64,000 nucleotides of DNA from Acidimicrobiia bacterium (GTDB taxonomy: Bacteria > Actinomycetota > Acidimicrobiia > Spongiisociales > ZC4RG35): contig OZ244034.1 in the NCBI GenBank assembly GCA_965215185.1, positions 2,912,001 to 2,976,000 on the forward strand, written 5' to 3'. How positions within the stretch are numbered: position 1 is the stretch's first letter; each line of letters begins with the position of its first letter. Position numbers and translations under genes: made by a program. Shown one piece after another: positions 29,398 through 37,765 of this stretch. The notes beneath the pieces were generated by a model. It was not told the DNA's origin, did not search any database, and saw only the letters and a list, made by a program, of their open reading frames with translations.

Positions 29398-29553
29398 TAA
29401 ACTTGTAGTGCAACGTCGCAGGCCCGCGCCGTCCGCTGGTCGGGCAAGGTCCTTATGGGATCCTGCCTGTGGGGCGGGCGCTTCCTTCCGGGGGCGCTGA
29501 CCGGAGAAAAACCGGTCAACGGGTCGAGGAAAAACCAGGAAGGAGTCATTAAC
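29398..29553 (+). promoter_or_regulatory. rpsB promoter (-10 TAAACT) and structured S2 leader
   Basis: TAAACT at 29398, GC-rich stems, hairpin tgaccgg/ccggtca at 29498-29518, and AGGAG RBS. Confidence 0.5.
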
Positions 29554-30333
29554 ATGACGTCGACCAAAATGAAGGATCTAATCGACGCGGGTCTTCACTT
29601 CGGCCATGAAACACGCCGCTGGAACCCAAAAATGAAGCCGTATCTCTACACCCAGTCAAACGGGATACACATTATCGATTTGCGCCAGACCGTTGGCTTG
29701 TTGGAGGAGGCGCTCGTCTTCGTACGCGAGGCGGTGGCAGATGGTGGGAAGATTCTCTTCATCGGTACCAAGAAACAGGCCCGTAACAGCATTGCCCAGC
29801 ACGCCGAGGCGGTTGGCATGCCATATGTGAACTTCCGGTGGTTGGGAGGCATGCTCACCAATTTCCAAACCATCCGCCAGCGCATTTCCTATATGAAGGA
29901 ATTGGAATCCGAAGAGAACAGCGGAGAGATGCTGTCCCGTCCCAAAAAGGAAAGACTCCGCCTCAGAAGAGACCTGCAAAAACTCCAGCGAAGCCTGGGT
30001 GGGGTGAGCGAGCTCAGCGAGCTTCCCGCGGGGGTGTTCGTGATAGACGTCAATGCCGAGGAAACCGCGGTGAAGGAGGCCACACGGCTGGGAATTCCCA
30101 TCGTGGCTTTGGTGGATTCCAACTGCAATCCCGAGTTAATAACCTACGTCATTCCTGGCAACGACGACGCTATCCGAGCTGCCGAACTGATTTGCTCGCT
30201 GGTGTCAAGTGCCTGTCGGGAAGGACAGGAGCTTGCCAAGAAGAAACAGGAGCTTGCCAAAAAGAAACAGGAGAAGAAGAAAACAGATTCTTCCTCCGCC
30301 CCGAAATCCCAGGCCCGTTCAAGAGGCAGGTGA
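29554..30333 (+). CDS. rpsB: 30S ribosomal protein S2
   Basis: AGLHFGH, WNPKM, RWLGGMLTN, PGNDDAIR. Confidence 0.98.
   Translation: MTSTKMKDLIDAGLHFGHETRRWNPKMKPYLYTQSNGIHIIDLRQTVGLLEEALVFVREAVADGGKILFIGTKKQARNSIAQHAEAVGMPYVNFRWLGGMLTNFQTIRQRISYMKELESEENSGEMLSRPKKERLRLRRDLQKLQRSLGGVSELSELPAGVFVIDVNAEETAVKEATRLGIPIVALVDSNCNPELITYVIPGNDDAIRAAELICSLVSSACREGQELAKKKQELAKKKQEKKKTDSSSAPKSQARSRGR
30226..30267 (+). repeat. 21-bp in-frame tandem duplication (QELAKKK x2)
   Basis: caggagcttgccaagaagaaa / caggagcttgccaaaaagaaa. Confidence 0.9.
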
Positions 30334-30335
30334 TC

Positions 30336-30956
30336 ATGGCTACGTTCACAGCCAAGGACGTGCAGAGTCTCCGCAAAAGTGCCGGTGTGGGCATGATGGA
30401 TGCCAAGAAGGCCTTGGTGGAGACGGATGGCGATATGGACAAGGCCCATGATCTGCTCCGGGAGAGAGGTCTAGCCCAAGCTGCCAAGCGGGCTGACCGG
30501 GATGCCAACGAGGGGACGATCGGGCAATACATGCACCAACAATCGGGGCATCCGGTGATGGGTGTTCTGGTCGAATTGGCCTGCGAGACCGACTTTGTGG
30601 CCAAAACCCCTGACTTCAACGAGATCGCTGACGACATCGCCCTGCACGTCTCGTGGGCCTCTCCCCGTTGGATCACCCGGGAAGAGGTGCCCGAGACAGT
30701 CCTAGCTCACGAGCGGGACTTGATTGCCCGGGCTGCTACGGCCGAGGGCAAACCAGAGCGGATCATTCCTCGCATCGTCCAGGGACGCATGGAAAAATTC
30801 TATGCTGAAAACGTCCTGAGCGACCAGGTGTTCGTCAATGCTCAGAAGTTTGAGGGAACGGTGGGAGATTTGGTGAAAAGCCTGGCGGCGCGGATGGGTG
30901 AGAACATAAAGGTCCGCCGGGTGCTACGAGTGGCGGTGGGCGAGCAGGAATCCTGA
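30336..30956 (+). CDS. tsf: Elongation factor Ts (short form, 206 aa)
   Basis: GMMDAKKAL, CETDFVA, GENI; ATG at 30336. Confidence 0.96.
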   Translation: MATFTAKDVQSLRKSAGVGMMDAKKALVETDGDMDKAHDLLRERGLAQAAKRADRDANEGTIGQYMHQQSGHPVMGVLVELACETDFVAKTPDFNEIADDIALHVSWASPRWITREEVPETVLAHERDLIARAATAEGKPERIIPRIVQGRMEKFYAENVLSDQVFVNAQKFEGTVGDLVKSLAARMGENIKVRRVLRVAVGEQES

Positions 30957-31666
30957 TGGCTCCCCCCCGCCGGGTCCTCCTCAAGCTCTCTGGAGAAGCC
31001 TTCTGCGAAGGAAGAGGTGGGTTCGGAATTGATCCGGGCAGCGTAGCGGTTGTCGCCAACGAGATCGGCCGGGCTCGTGCGGATGGAATCGAGACCTGTG
31101 TGGTGGTGGGAGGCGGAAACTTCTTTCGCGGCACCGCTCTGGCCGCTCGGGGGCTCGACCCAGCCACCGCCGACTACATGGGCATGCTTGCCACGGTGAT
31201 GAATGGCTTGGCGTTGCGAGACGCTTTGGAAAAGTGTGGGATGACCACCAGGGTGATGAGCGCCATCACCATGAGACAGGTTAGTGAACCCTACATACGT
31301 CTGAGGGCGGTTCGACATCTCGAAAAGGGACGGATAGTGATATTTGTGGCCGGAACCGGAAACCCGTTCTTCACCACCGACACCACTGCTTCGCTGCGAG
31401 CGGTGGAAGTCGGAGCCGAAGTGCTGCTGAAGGCGAGCAAAGTGGACGGTGTGTACAGCGCCGACCCTAATCTCGACGAATCCGCCCGACTTCTGGAAAC
31501 CGCTTCCTATATGGATGTCATCTCCCAAGATCTGAAAGTCATGGACATGACGTCGATAACCCTCTGTCGGGAGCATGAACTGCCTATTGTGGTATTTGAC
31601 ATGACAAAGCCAGGCAACGTGTACCGAGCGTTGATAGGGGAAACGCTTGGTACCAGGGTGAGCTAG
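30956..31666 (+). CDS. pyrH: UMP kinase
   Basis: LLKLSGE, GGGN, GNPFFTTD. Confidence 0.97.
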   Translation: MAPPRRVLLKLSGEAFCEGRGGFGIDPGSVAVVANEIGRARADGIETCVVVGGGNFFRGTALAARGLDPATADYMGMLATVMNGLALRDALEKCGMTTRVMSAITMRQVSEPYIRLRAVRHLEKGRIVIFVAGTGNPFFTTDTTASLRAVEVGAEVLLKASKVDGVYSADPNLDESARLLETASYMDVISQDLKVMDMTSITLCREHELPIVVFDMTKPGNVYRALIGETLGTRVS

Positions 31667-31675
31667 GGGATTGCA

Positions 31676-32227
31676 ATGATCGAAGAGGTCTTGGACGAAG
31701 CGGCTTTGACGATGGAAGATTCCCTCGAATTCGTCACCGCCCAGTTCTCAACGGTGCGAACCGGGCGAGCCAACCCCCAGATTGTTCAGAATCTGAGGGT
31801 CAACTACTACGGCGCTTCCCTGTCTCTTCAGCAACTTGCCAACTTCTCTGTTCCCGATCCCCGCCTCTTGGTTATCCACCCCTTTGACCGCAGCGCCATT
31901 CCCGAAATTGAGAAGGCGTTGCACGGCTCGAATCTTGGTATCAATCCTTCCAACGACGGAGCAGTTATTAGGTTGGCCTTCCCTCCTCTCACTGAAGAAC
32001 GACGGGTTGAGATGATTCGTATTGTCAGAAGACAGGCCGAAGACGGCAAAGTTTCGGTTCGCAACATCCGACGCGGGGCAAAATCGGACTTGGACGCTCT
32101 CAAGGGTCTATTCTCAGATGACGATCTGCGCCGCGCTGAACGGCGACTTCAGGACTTGACAGATCAGACCGTGAAACAGGTTGACGAGTTGCTAAAGCGC
32201 AAGGAAGCCGAACTGCTGGAGGTATAA
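31676..32227 (+). CDS. frr: Ribosome recycling factor
   Basis: RTGRA, PPLTEERR, VRNIRR. Confidence 0.97.
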   Translation: MIEEVLDEAALTMEDSLEFVTAQFSTVRTGRANPQIVQNLRVNYYGASLSLQQLANFSVPDPRLLVIHPFDRSAIPEIEKALHGSNLGINPSNDGAVIRLAFPPLTEERRVEMIRIVRRQAEDGKVSVRNIRRGAKSDLDALKGLFSDDDLRRAERRLQDLTDQTVKQVDELLKRKEAELLEV

Positions 32228-32232
32228 AGGGA

Positions 32233-33372
32233 ATGAAGCCACCTGATGTGACTTGGGTTCCCGAGTGGGAACCGGAGGAGGAATCCTCTCTCAGGTCGGT
32301 GCGCCAATGGTCGGCAGAGGAATCGGAGTTGGAGGAATCCGAGTCGGAGGAATCCGAGTCGCTCCTCACCGATGAGAGCATTTTTTACAGCCGCACCTCC
32401 CAGCATCAGGCTCTGGCTGAGGAAGTGATGGAGGCCGACGCCAAGGAACATCGTCAGCAGGCTGTGGCGGCCGCCATCCCGGGCGTCGAGTCGGGGATGC
32501 TGGGTTTCGAAGATGTGACTGGTCGGACCGGGATGGCGACCGAAGAGGTGGAGGCGGCGGAGCAAGCCCATTCCTCGGATCTGGTAACTCGGACGATGAG
32601 CGCCGTAGTGATGGTGGCGGTGGTAGTGCTGGCCCTTTACCTGGGAGGGGCATGGTTGACCGGTTTCTTGATAGTTGCCATGATGACGGCGTTGGTCGAG
32701 TACTACATGGCGGTCCGTTCCTCTGGATACCGACCCATGGCTCTTTTGGGGTTGCTGGGTGTTCTGGGAGCTGGTTGGGGAGCGCATCTGTGGGGGTTGA
32801 ACGCGGCCGGAGGGATTCTGGCGGCGGCAGTGGCTATGACTCTGCTCTTCTATGCGGCCGCGGCGCGGAGGTTGGCGGTCGAAAACTCCACGCTGACCGT
32901 ATTGGGAATGATCTGGATCTCCTTGCTGTGCTATGGGGTGGTGATCGGCCGGGCCGAGGAGGGAGTGTTGCTATTGGTTTGGGTACTGCTCTTGAACTCA
33001 ATGTTTGACACGGCGGCCTATGTGGTGGGCCGGGCTTTCGGAACCCGACCACTGTCGCCCTCACTGTCGGCGAAGAAAACCGTGCAGGGCTTGGTGGGAG
33101 GGATAGTCGCCACATTTGCCTTGGCCGCCATCTTCTCGACCTTGCCTCTGTTGTCTTTTGTCACTCTCTATCCGGCTCTGTATTTAGCGGCGGTCGTCTC
33201 GCTGCTTGCCCCGATGGGAGACGCTGTGGAGTCAGCGATAAAGCGGTCTATGGATCTGAAGGACATGAGTACATTCATCCCCGGACACGGCGGCATTCTG
33301 GATCGGATAGATGGACTTTTGCTGGTATTGCCCGGCGCTTACTATCTGTTTTCTCAACTCGATTTCCTCTAG
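32233..33372 (+). CDS. cdsA: Phosphatidate cytidylyltransferase with an acidic N-terminal extension
   Basis: DTAAY, SAKKT, GD…ES…KR…KD…PGHGGILDRID. Confidence 0.92.
   Translation: MKPPDVTWVPEWEPEEESSLRSVRQWSAEESELEESESEESESLLTDESIFYSRTSQHQALAEEVMEADAKEHRQQAVAAAIPGVESGMLGFEDVTGRTGMATEEVEAAEQAHSSDLVTRTMSAVVMVAVVVLALYLGGAWLTGFLIVAMMTALVEYYMAVRSSGYRPMALLGLLGVLGAGWGAHLWGLNAAGGILAAAVAMTLLFYAAAARRLAVENSTLTVLGMIWISLLCYGVVIGRAEEGVLLLVWVLLLNSMFDTAAYVVGRAFGTRPLSPSLSAKKTVQGLVGGIVATFALAAIFSTLPLLSFVTLYPALYLAAVVSLLAPMGDAVESAIKRSMDLKDMSTFIPGHGGILDRIDGLLLVLPGAYYLFSQLDFL
32318..32362 (+). repeat. 15-bp unit x3 (EESEL/EESES/EESES)
   Basis: gaggaatcggagttg gaggaatccgagtcg gaggaatccgagtcg. Confidence 0.85.
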
Positions 33373-33425
33373 GTCTCATTGATCCTTTACATGGGTATGC
33401 TCGGCTTATCTAGTCGGCAGGTGTT

Positions 33426-34532
33426 TTGATGGTCGGTGCCTTGGTCGTGGTGTTAGGCATCGTGTTCTTTGTTACGGTGCACGAACTGGGACATTTCTTG
33501 GCAGCCCGCCTCACCGGGATGCAGGCCACCGAGATGTTTTTCGGTTTCGGGCCGAGGTTGTGGTCGGTGAAGAGAGGGGAGACCGAATACGGATTTCGTT
33601 TGCTTCCCCTAGGCGGCTTTGTGAAGATCGCCGGTATGGGCCCTTACAGCGACTACGAGACCGACCCCAAGCGTTCCTACTACCACAAGAAGTTCTGGCA
33701 GAAGACCACGGTTGCTATGAGCGGGGTGGCCATGAACTTCCTGATGGCCTTTGTAATCTTGGCCGGTGTGTTCTTGGTGGAGGGGGTTGCCGACTTCTCC
33801 AACCGGATTATGCAGGTGGTGGAGGAAATGGCGGAAGGCACACCTAGCCCGGCTCGAGAGGCGGGGATCGAAGTGGGAGATGTGATCCTGGCAGTGGACG
33901 GGATACCAGCCCATCGGTGGGAGGACACAGCAACTTTGTTGGGGGAGCGTCCCGGTCAGACAGTGGTGCTCAAGCTGGGCAGAGATGGCGACATTGTGAC
34001 CGTGGAGGCGACGTTGGCCACACTTACCGACCAAGACGGTGCGCCACGGGGTTTCTTGGGGATTGCTCCGTCAATCGAGGGTCGCCCTCTGGGGCTGGGA
34101 GAGGCGATGACCACCGCATCGAGTGAAATAGTGGAGGCAGTGGTACTTACTTTCGAGGCCATCGGAAGGCTGGTCAACCCATCCTCCCTGGCGGAACTGG
34201 CCGGCGGGATGTTCGGAGGGGAAGTCTCCGAGGACAACCGTCCGGTAAGCCCGATCGGGTTGGCCAACATCGGAGCTCAGATGGGTGAGCGGGGAGTGGC
34301 GGATGTGTTTCGATTGTTAGCATATTTGAATGTAGTGCTGGGTGTTTTCAACTTGGTGCCTGCCTATCCGCTGGACGGAGGCCACGTGGCGGTGGCTCTC
34401 TACGAGAAGGTCTTCCGGCGCCCCGCTCAGCCCAGGGTGCTTATCTCAATCGCCGCGGTAGTGACCGTTTTGGTGATTTTCCTGGGGGTGGCGGCCTTGG
34501 TGCTGGACGTCATCGATCCCATAAGACTGTGA
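33426..34532 (+). CDS. rseP: Site-2 (M50) intramembrane metalloprotease with PDZ domain
   Basis: HELGH, FGFGP, PDZ region GDVILAVDG, NLVPAYPLDGG. Confidence 0.93.
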   Translation: MMVGALVVVLGIVFFVTVHELGHFLAARLTGMQATEMFFGFGPRLWSVKRGETEYGFRLLPLGGFVKIAGMGPYSDYETDPKRSYYHKKFWQKTTVAMSGVAMNFLMAFVILAGVFLVEGVADFSNRIMQVVEEMAEGTPSPAREAGIEVGDVILAVDGIPAHRWEDTATLLGERPGQTVVLKLGRDGDIVTVEATLATLTDQDGAPRGFLGIAPSIEGRPLGLGEAMTTASSEIVEAVVLTFEAIGRLVNPSSLAELAGGMFGGEVSEDNRPVSPIGLANIGAQMGERGVADVFRLLAYLNVVLGVFNLVPAYPLDGGHVAVALYEKVFRRPAQPRVLISIAAVVTVLVIFLGVAALVLDVIDPIRL

Positions 34533-35764
34533 AAGACGCTCGGCTCTACTCCCATCCGAGGAGATCCACCCGTCCCATCGCGGTGGGATCGGTCAAAGTG
34601 GGAGGCGATGCACCAATCAGTGTGCAGTCAATGACTACCACCAAGACCCATGATGTTGATGGCACCTTGGCGCAGGTTTACGCCTTGGCCGGCGCCGGCG
34701 CTGATTTGGTGAGGATCACCTGCAACACGGTAGAGGCCGCGCAGGGCCTGGCAGAGATCGTACCCCGAAGCCCGGTTCCGATCATCGCCGATATCCACTT
34801 CCAGTATCGGTTGGCATTGGCCGCGCTGGAAAGCGGGGTTTGCGGGTTGCGGCTCAATCCCGGGAATATTCGCCGGCCCAGTCATATCAAGGAGGTGGCT
34901 CGCGCCGCCGCTGCGCGGAAGGTGCCGATTCGAGTGGGGGTAAACGCCGGTTCTCTGGACAAGGACATGCTGAGCCGCCACGGTGACGCTACCCCACAAG
35001 CGCTGGTGGATTCTGCGCTGTTGGAGATCCGTTATCTCGAGGAAGTCGATTTCCGGGATATCAAGATCTCTGTCAAGCATTCCCATGTTCCCACCATGGT
35101 CGAGTCTTACCGTCTTTTGGCCGAAGAGATCGACTATCCGCTCCACTTGGGAGTCACCGAGGCGGGACCCCCTCCGGGCGGCTTGATCAAGTCGGTGGCG
35201 GGCATTGCCACCCTGTTGATGGAGGGCATCGGTGACACCATCCGGTTCTCCCTCACCGCCGACCCGGTCATGGAAGCAGAATCGGGCCGCCGCCTTTTGG
35301 AATACCTGGGTCTTAGGGAACGCCGCAGCCTTGACCTGATCGCCTGCCCCTCCTGCGGACGGGCGGAAGTCGATGTGATCGAAGTTGCCCAGCTAGCTCA
35401 GAAAGCCTTGGAGGCGGAGAACCTTCCCATCCAGGTAGCCGTGATGGGATGTGTGGTGAACGGTCCGGGGGAGGCACGATCGGCTGACCTGGGGATAGCG
35501 GCTGGCCGGGGTCGAGGGCATTTGTTCATCCGCGGCAAGGTGGTGGCGGTGGTTCCCGAGTCGGAAATGGTGGAGGCTTTGGTGCTGGAAGCCCGTCGCC
35601 TGGTGGAGGAGGGTGTAGATGCGCGTCTGGCGGCTGCCGATACATCGGCGGCCGCACAGGCCGAGGCGGATCGGCTTCAGCTGCTCCAATTACGTCCCGA
35701 CGCCAACTCGGCTGAGAGTCGCCGGCAGAAGGTGGAACTGGTCGCGCGAGGCAAGCGACTGTAA
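34529..35764 (+). CDS. ispG: HMBPP synthase
   Basis: SVQSMT, ADIHF, RLNPGNI, HLGVTEAG, CPSCGR, MGCVVNGPGE. Confidence 0.97.
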   Translation: MKDARLYSHPRRSTRPIAVGSVKVGGDAPISVQSMTTTKTHDVDGTLAQVYALAGAGADLVRITCNTVEAAQGLAEIVPRSPVPIIADIHFQYRLALAALESGVCGLRLNPGNIRRPSHIKEVARAAAARKVPIRVGVNAGSLDKDMLSRHGDATPQALVDSALLEIRYLEEVDFRDIKISVKHSHVPTMVESYRLLAEEIDYPLHLGVTEAGPPPGGLIKSVAGIATLLMEGIGDTIRFSLTADPVMEAESGRRLLEYLGLRERRSLDLIACPSCGRAEVDVIEVAQLAQKALEAENLPIQVAVMGCVVNGPGEARSADLGIAAGRGRGHLFIRGKVVAVVPESEMVEALVLEARRLVEEGVDARLAAADTSAAAQAEADRLQLLQLRPDANSAESRRQKVELVARGKRL

Positions 35765-35796
35765 ACTTGCGGGCTGGCGACCGTCAGGAGTGAAAT

Positions 35797-36573
35797 TTGA
35801 GTTCGGGGATTTCTGGCAAGGTGGCGGTGGTTACCGGTGCAAGTCGGGGAATCGGTCTGGCAGTGGCTGCCGAACTTCTGGATCAGGGAGCCAGGGGTGT
35901 GACGATAACTTCCCGGCGCATCGAGAATCTTTCGGATGCGGTCTTCCGGTTGGCGGAAGCGGGCAGAGATACCGAGCGGGTGCTGGCCACCGTGGCCCGG
36001 GCCGACCATGATCAGCACGCTGACCGGGCAATCAGGGAGACAGTGGAGCGGTTCGGGAGTTGCGACATCCTGGTGAACAATGCCGCCACCAATCCGGGGG
36101 GAGGGGATCTCATGAGTGTTTCCCAGGAGGCGGTGGACAAGACTTGGGCTGTGAATCAGCGGGCTCCCCTGGTGTGGACCCGGCACGCTTGGTTTCAATG
36201 GATGCGGGATCACGGCGGGTGCGTGGTGAACGTCGCCTCGATAGGAGGGGTGCGCCCCACTCCCTTCCTGGGCGCTTACAACATCTCCAAGGCGGCTCTC
36301 ATTCACATGACTCACCAACTGGCCATGGAACTTGCCCCCCGGGTCCGGGTGAACGGGGTGGCTCCGGCGGTGATCAAGACCCGGCTATCGGCCTTGCTGT
36401 GGCAATCCGACCCGGAAGGTGCGGCCCGCCGCCACCCCATGCAAAGGCTGGGAGAGCCCGAGGATGTGGCACAGGCTGTGGCGTTTCTTTGCTCGGACCA
36501 GGCTTCATGGATCACAGGAGTGACACTGCCGGTTGACGGCGGCATGTTGGGCGCCTCGGCTGGGATGGGATAG
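35797..36573 (+). CDS. Short-chain dehydrogenase/reductase
   Basis: TGASRGIG, NNA, YxxxK (YNISK), VDGG. Confidence 0.92.
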   Translation: MSSGISGKVAVVTGASRGIGLAVAAELLDQGARGVTITSRRIENLSDAVFRLAEAGRDTERVLATVARADHDQHADRAIRETVERFGSCDILVNNAATNPGGGDLMSVSQEAVDKTWAVNQRAPLVWTRHAWFQWMRDHGGCVVNVASIGGVRPTPFLGAYNISKAALIHMTHQLAMELAPRVRVNGVAPAVIKTRLSALLWQSDPEGAARRHPMQRLGEPEDVAQAVAFLCSDQASWITGVTLPVDGGMLGASAGMG

Positions 36574-37736
36574 TGGCCCATCCCCCATTCGACCGGGAGT
36601 TGGGTCTCGCCTACCTGGACGGGCGCCAATCTCCGGCTGCATTGTTCGCCGAAGCTTCCCGGCTTCGCGACGAGGGAAAAGGACGCATCGTCACCTACAG
36701 CCGCAAGGTTTTTATTCCCCTCACCACCCTGTGCCGTGATAGTTGCACTTATTGCACTTTCGCCCAGCCCCCCGGCGGCGGAGGCATGTTCATGCCTCCC
36801 GAGCAGGTGCTGGCGGTGGCGCAGGCCGGAGAGGCACACCATTGCACCGAGGCGCTGTTCACCTTGGGCGATCAGCCCGAGGAGCGGTGGCCGGCTGCCC
36901 GCCGGTTCCTCAACGAACAGGGATGCGAGACCACCCTGGAATACACCCAACGCATGACCGAGTTGGTGAACGCGCAGACGGCTCTCTTCCCCCACGCCAA
37001 CCCGGGGGTGATGACCTTTTCTCAGATGGAGGCTCTCCGGCCCTCCAATCCCTCCATGGGTTTGATGTTGGAGAATATTTCTCCGCGCCTCACCGAACCG
37101 GGCATGCCACACTACAACTGCCCCGACAAGATCCCCTCGGTGCGGGTGCAGGTGATAGAGGACGCCGGCCGGCTGAGAGTTCCGTTCACCACCGGCATCC
37201 TGGTGGGAATCGGGGAGAATTCCGAGGAAATAGTTGACTCCCTGACGGCCTTGGCCGCCATGGCCCAAGCCGGAGGCCATATCCAGGAGGTGATCATCCA
37301 GAACTTCCGAGCCAAATACAACACCCCCATGCGCCTCAACGCCGAGCCGACTCCGGCTTGGTTCATGCGGGTTGTGGCATTGGCCCGTTGGATTCTGGGC
37401 GCCGAAATGAACATCCAGGTGCCACCCAATCTCACCGAGAGCTATGAAATCTATCTTCAGGCCGGCATCAACGACTGGGGCGGGGTTTCTCCCCTCACCA
37501 TCGACTGGGTCAATCCCGAAGCGCCTTGGCCGCACTTGGAGGCGCTGCGTCGTCGCACTGAGGCGGCGGGTTTCAAATTGCTTCCCCGGCTGCCGGTCTA
37601 TCCTTCCTTTCTGTCCGACCACTGGATTGATGCTGCTGTTCTGCCTAAGGTGCTGGAGGCCTCCGACTCGCGGGGTTACGCTCGAGCGCCTCAGGTCGAG
37701 TTGCAGGACCGTCCGGTGAGTGTGGGTGTTTCGTGA
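36573..37736 (+). CDS. cofG: FO synthase subunit CofG
   Basis: VTYSRKVFIPLT, CRDSCTYC, FTTGILVGIGE, QEVIIQNF, GINDWGGVSP. Confidence 0.93.
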   Translation: MAHPPFDRELGLAYLDGRQSPAALFAEASRLRDEGKGRIVTYSRKVFIPLTTLCRDSCTYCTFAQPPGGGGMFMPPEQVLAVAQAGEAHHCTEALFTLGDQPEERWPAARRFLNEQGCETTLEYTQRMTELVNAQTALFPHANPGVMTFSQMEALRPSNPSMGLMLENISPRLTEPGMPHYNCPDKIPSVRVQVIEDAGRLRVPFTTGILVGIGENSEEIVDSLTALAAMAQAGGHIQEVIIQNFRAKYNTPMRLNAEPTPAWFMRVVALARWILGAEMNIQVPPNLTESYEIYLQAGINDWGGVSPLTIDWVNPEAPWPHLEALRRRTEAAGFKLLPRLPVYPSFLSDHWIDAAVLPKVLEASDSRGYARAPQVELQDRPVSVGVS

Positions 37737-37765
37737 GCGGCATTCCGAGGAGGTAGCCTGGCAAA

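Noticed and set aside
29838-30335. 372-aa EF-Ts from the ORF track, and similar long N-termini for mct, hpnE, hpnD and cysM
   Set aside because: The extensions overlap upstream genes in another frame; downstream coupled starts fit the family lengths.
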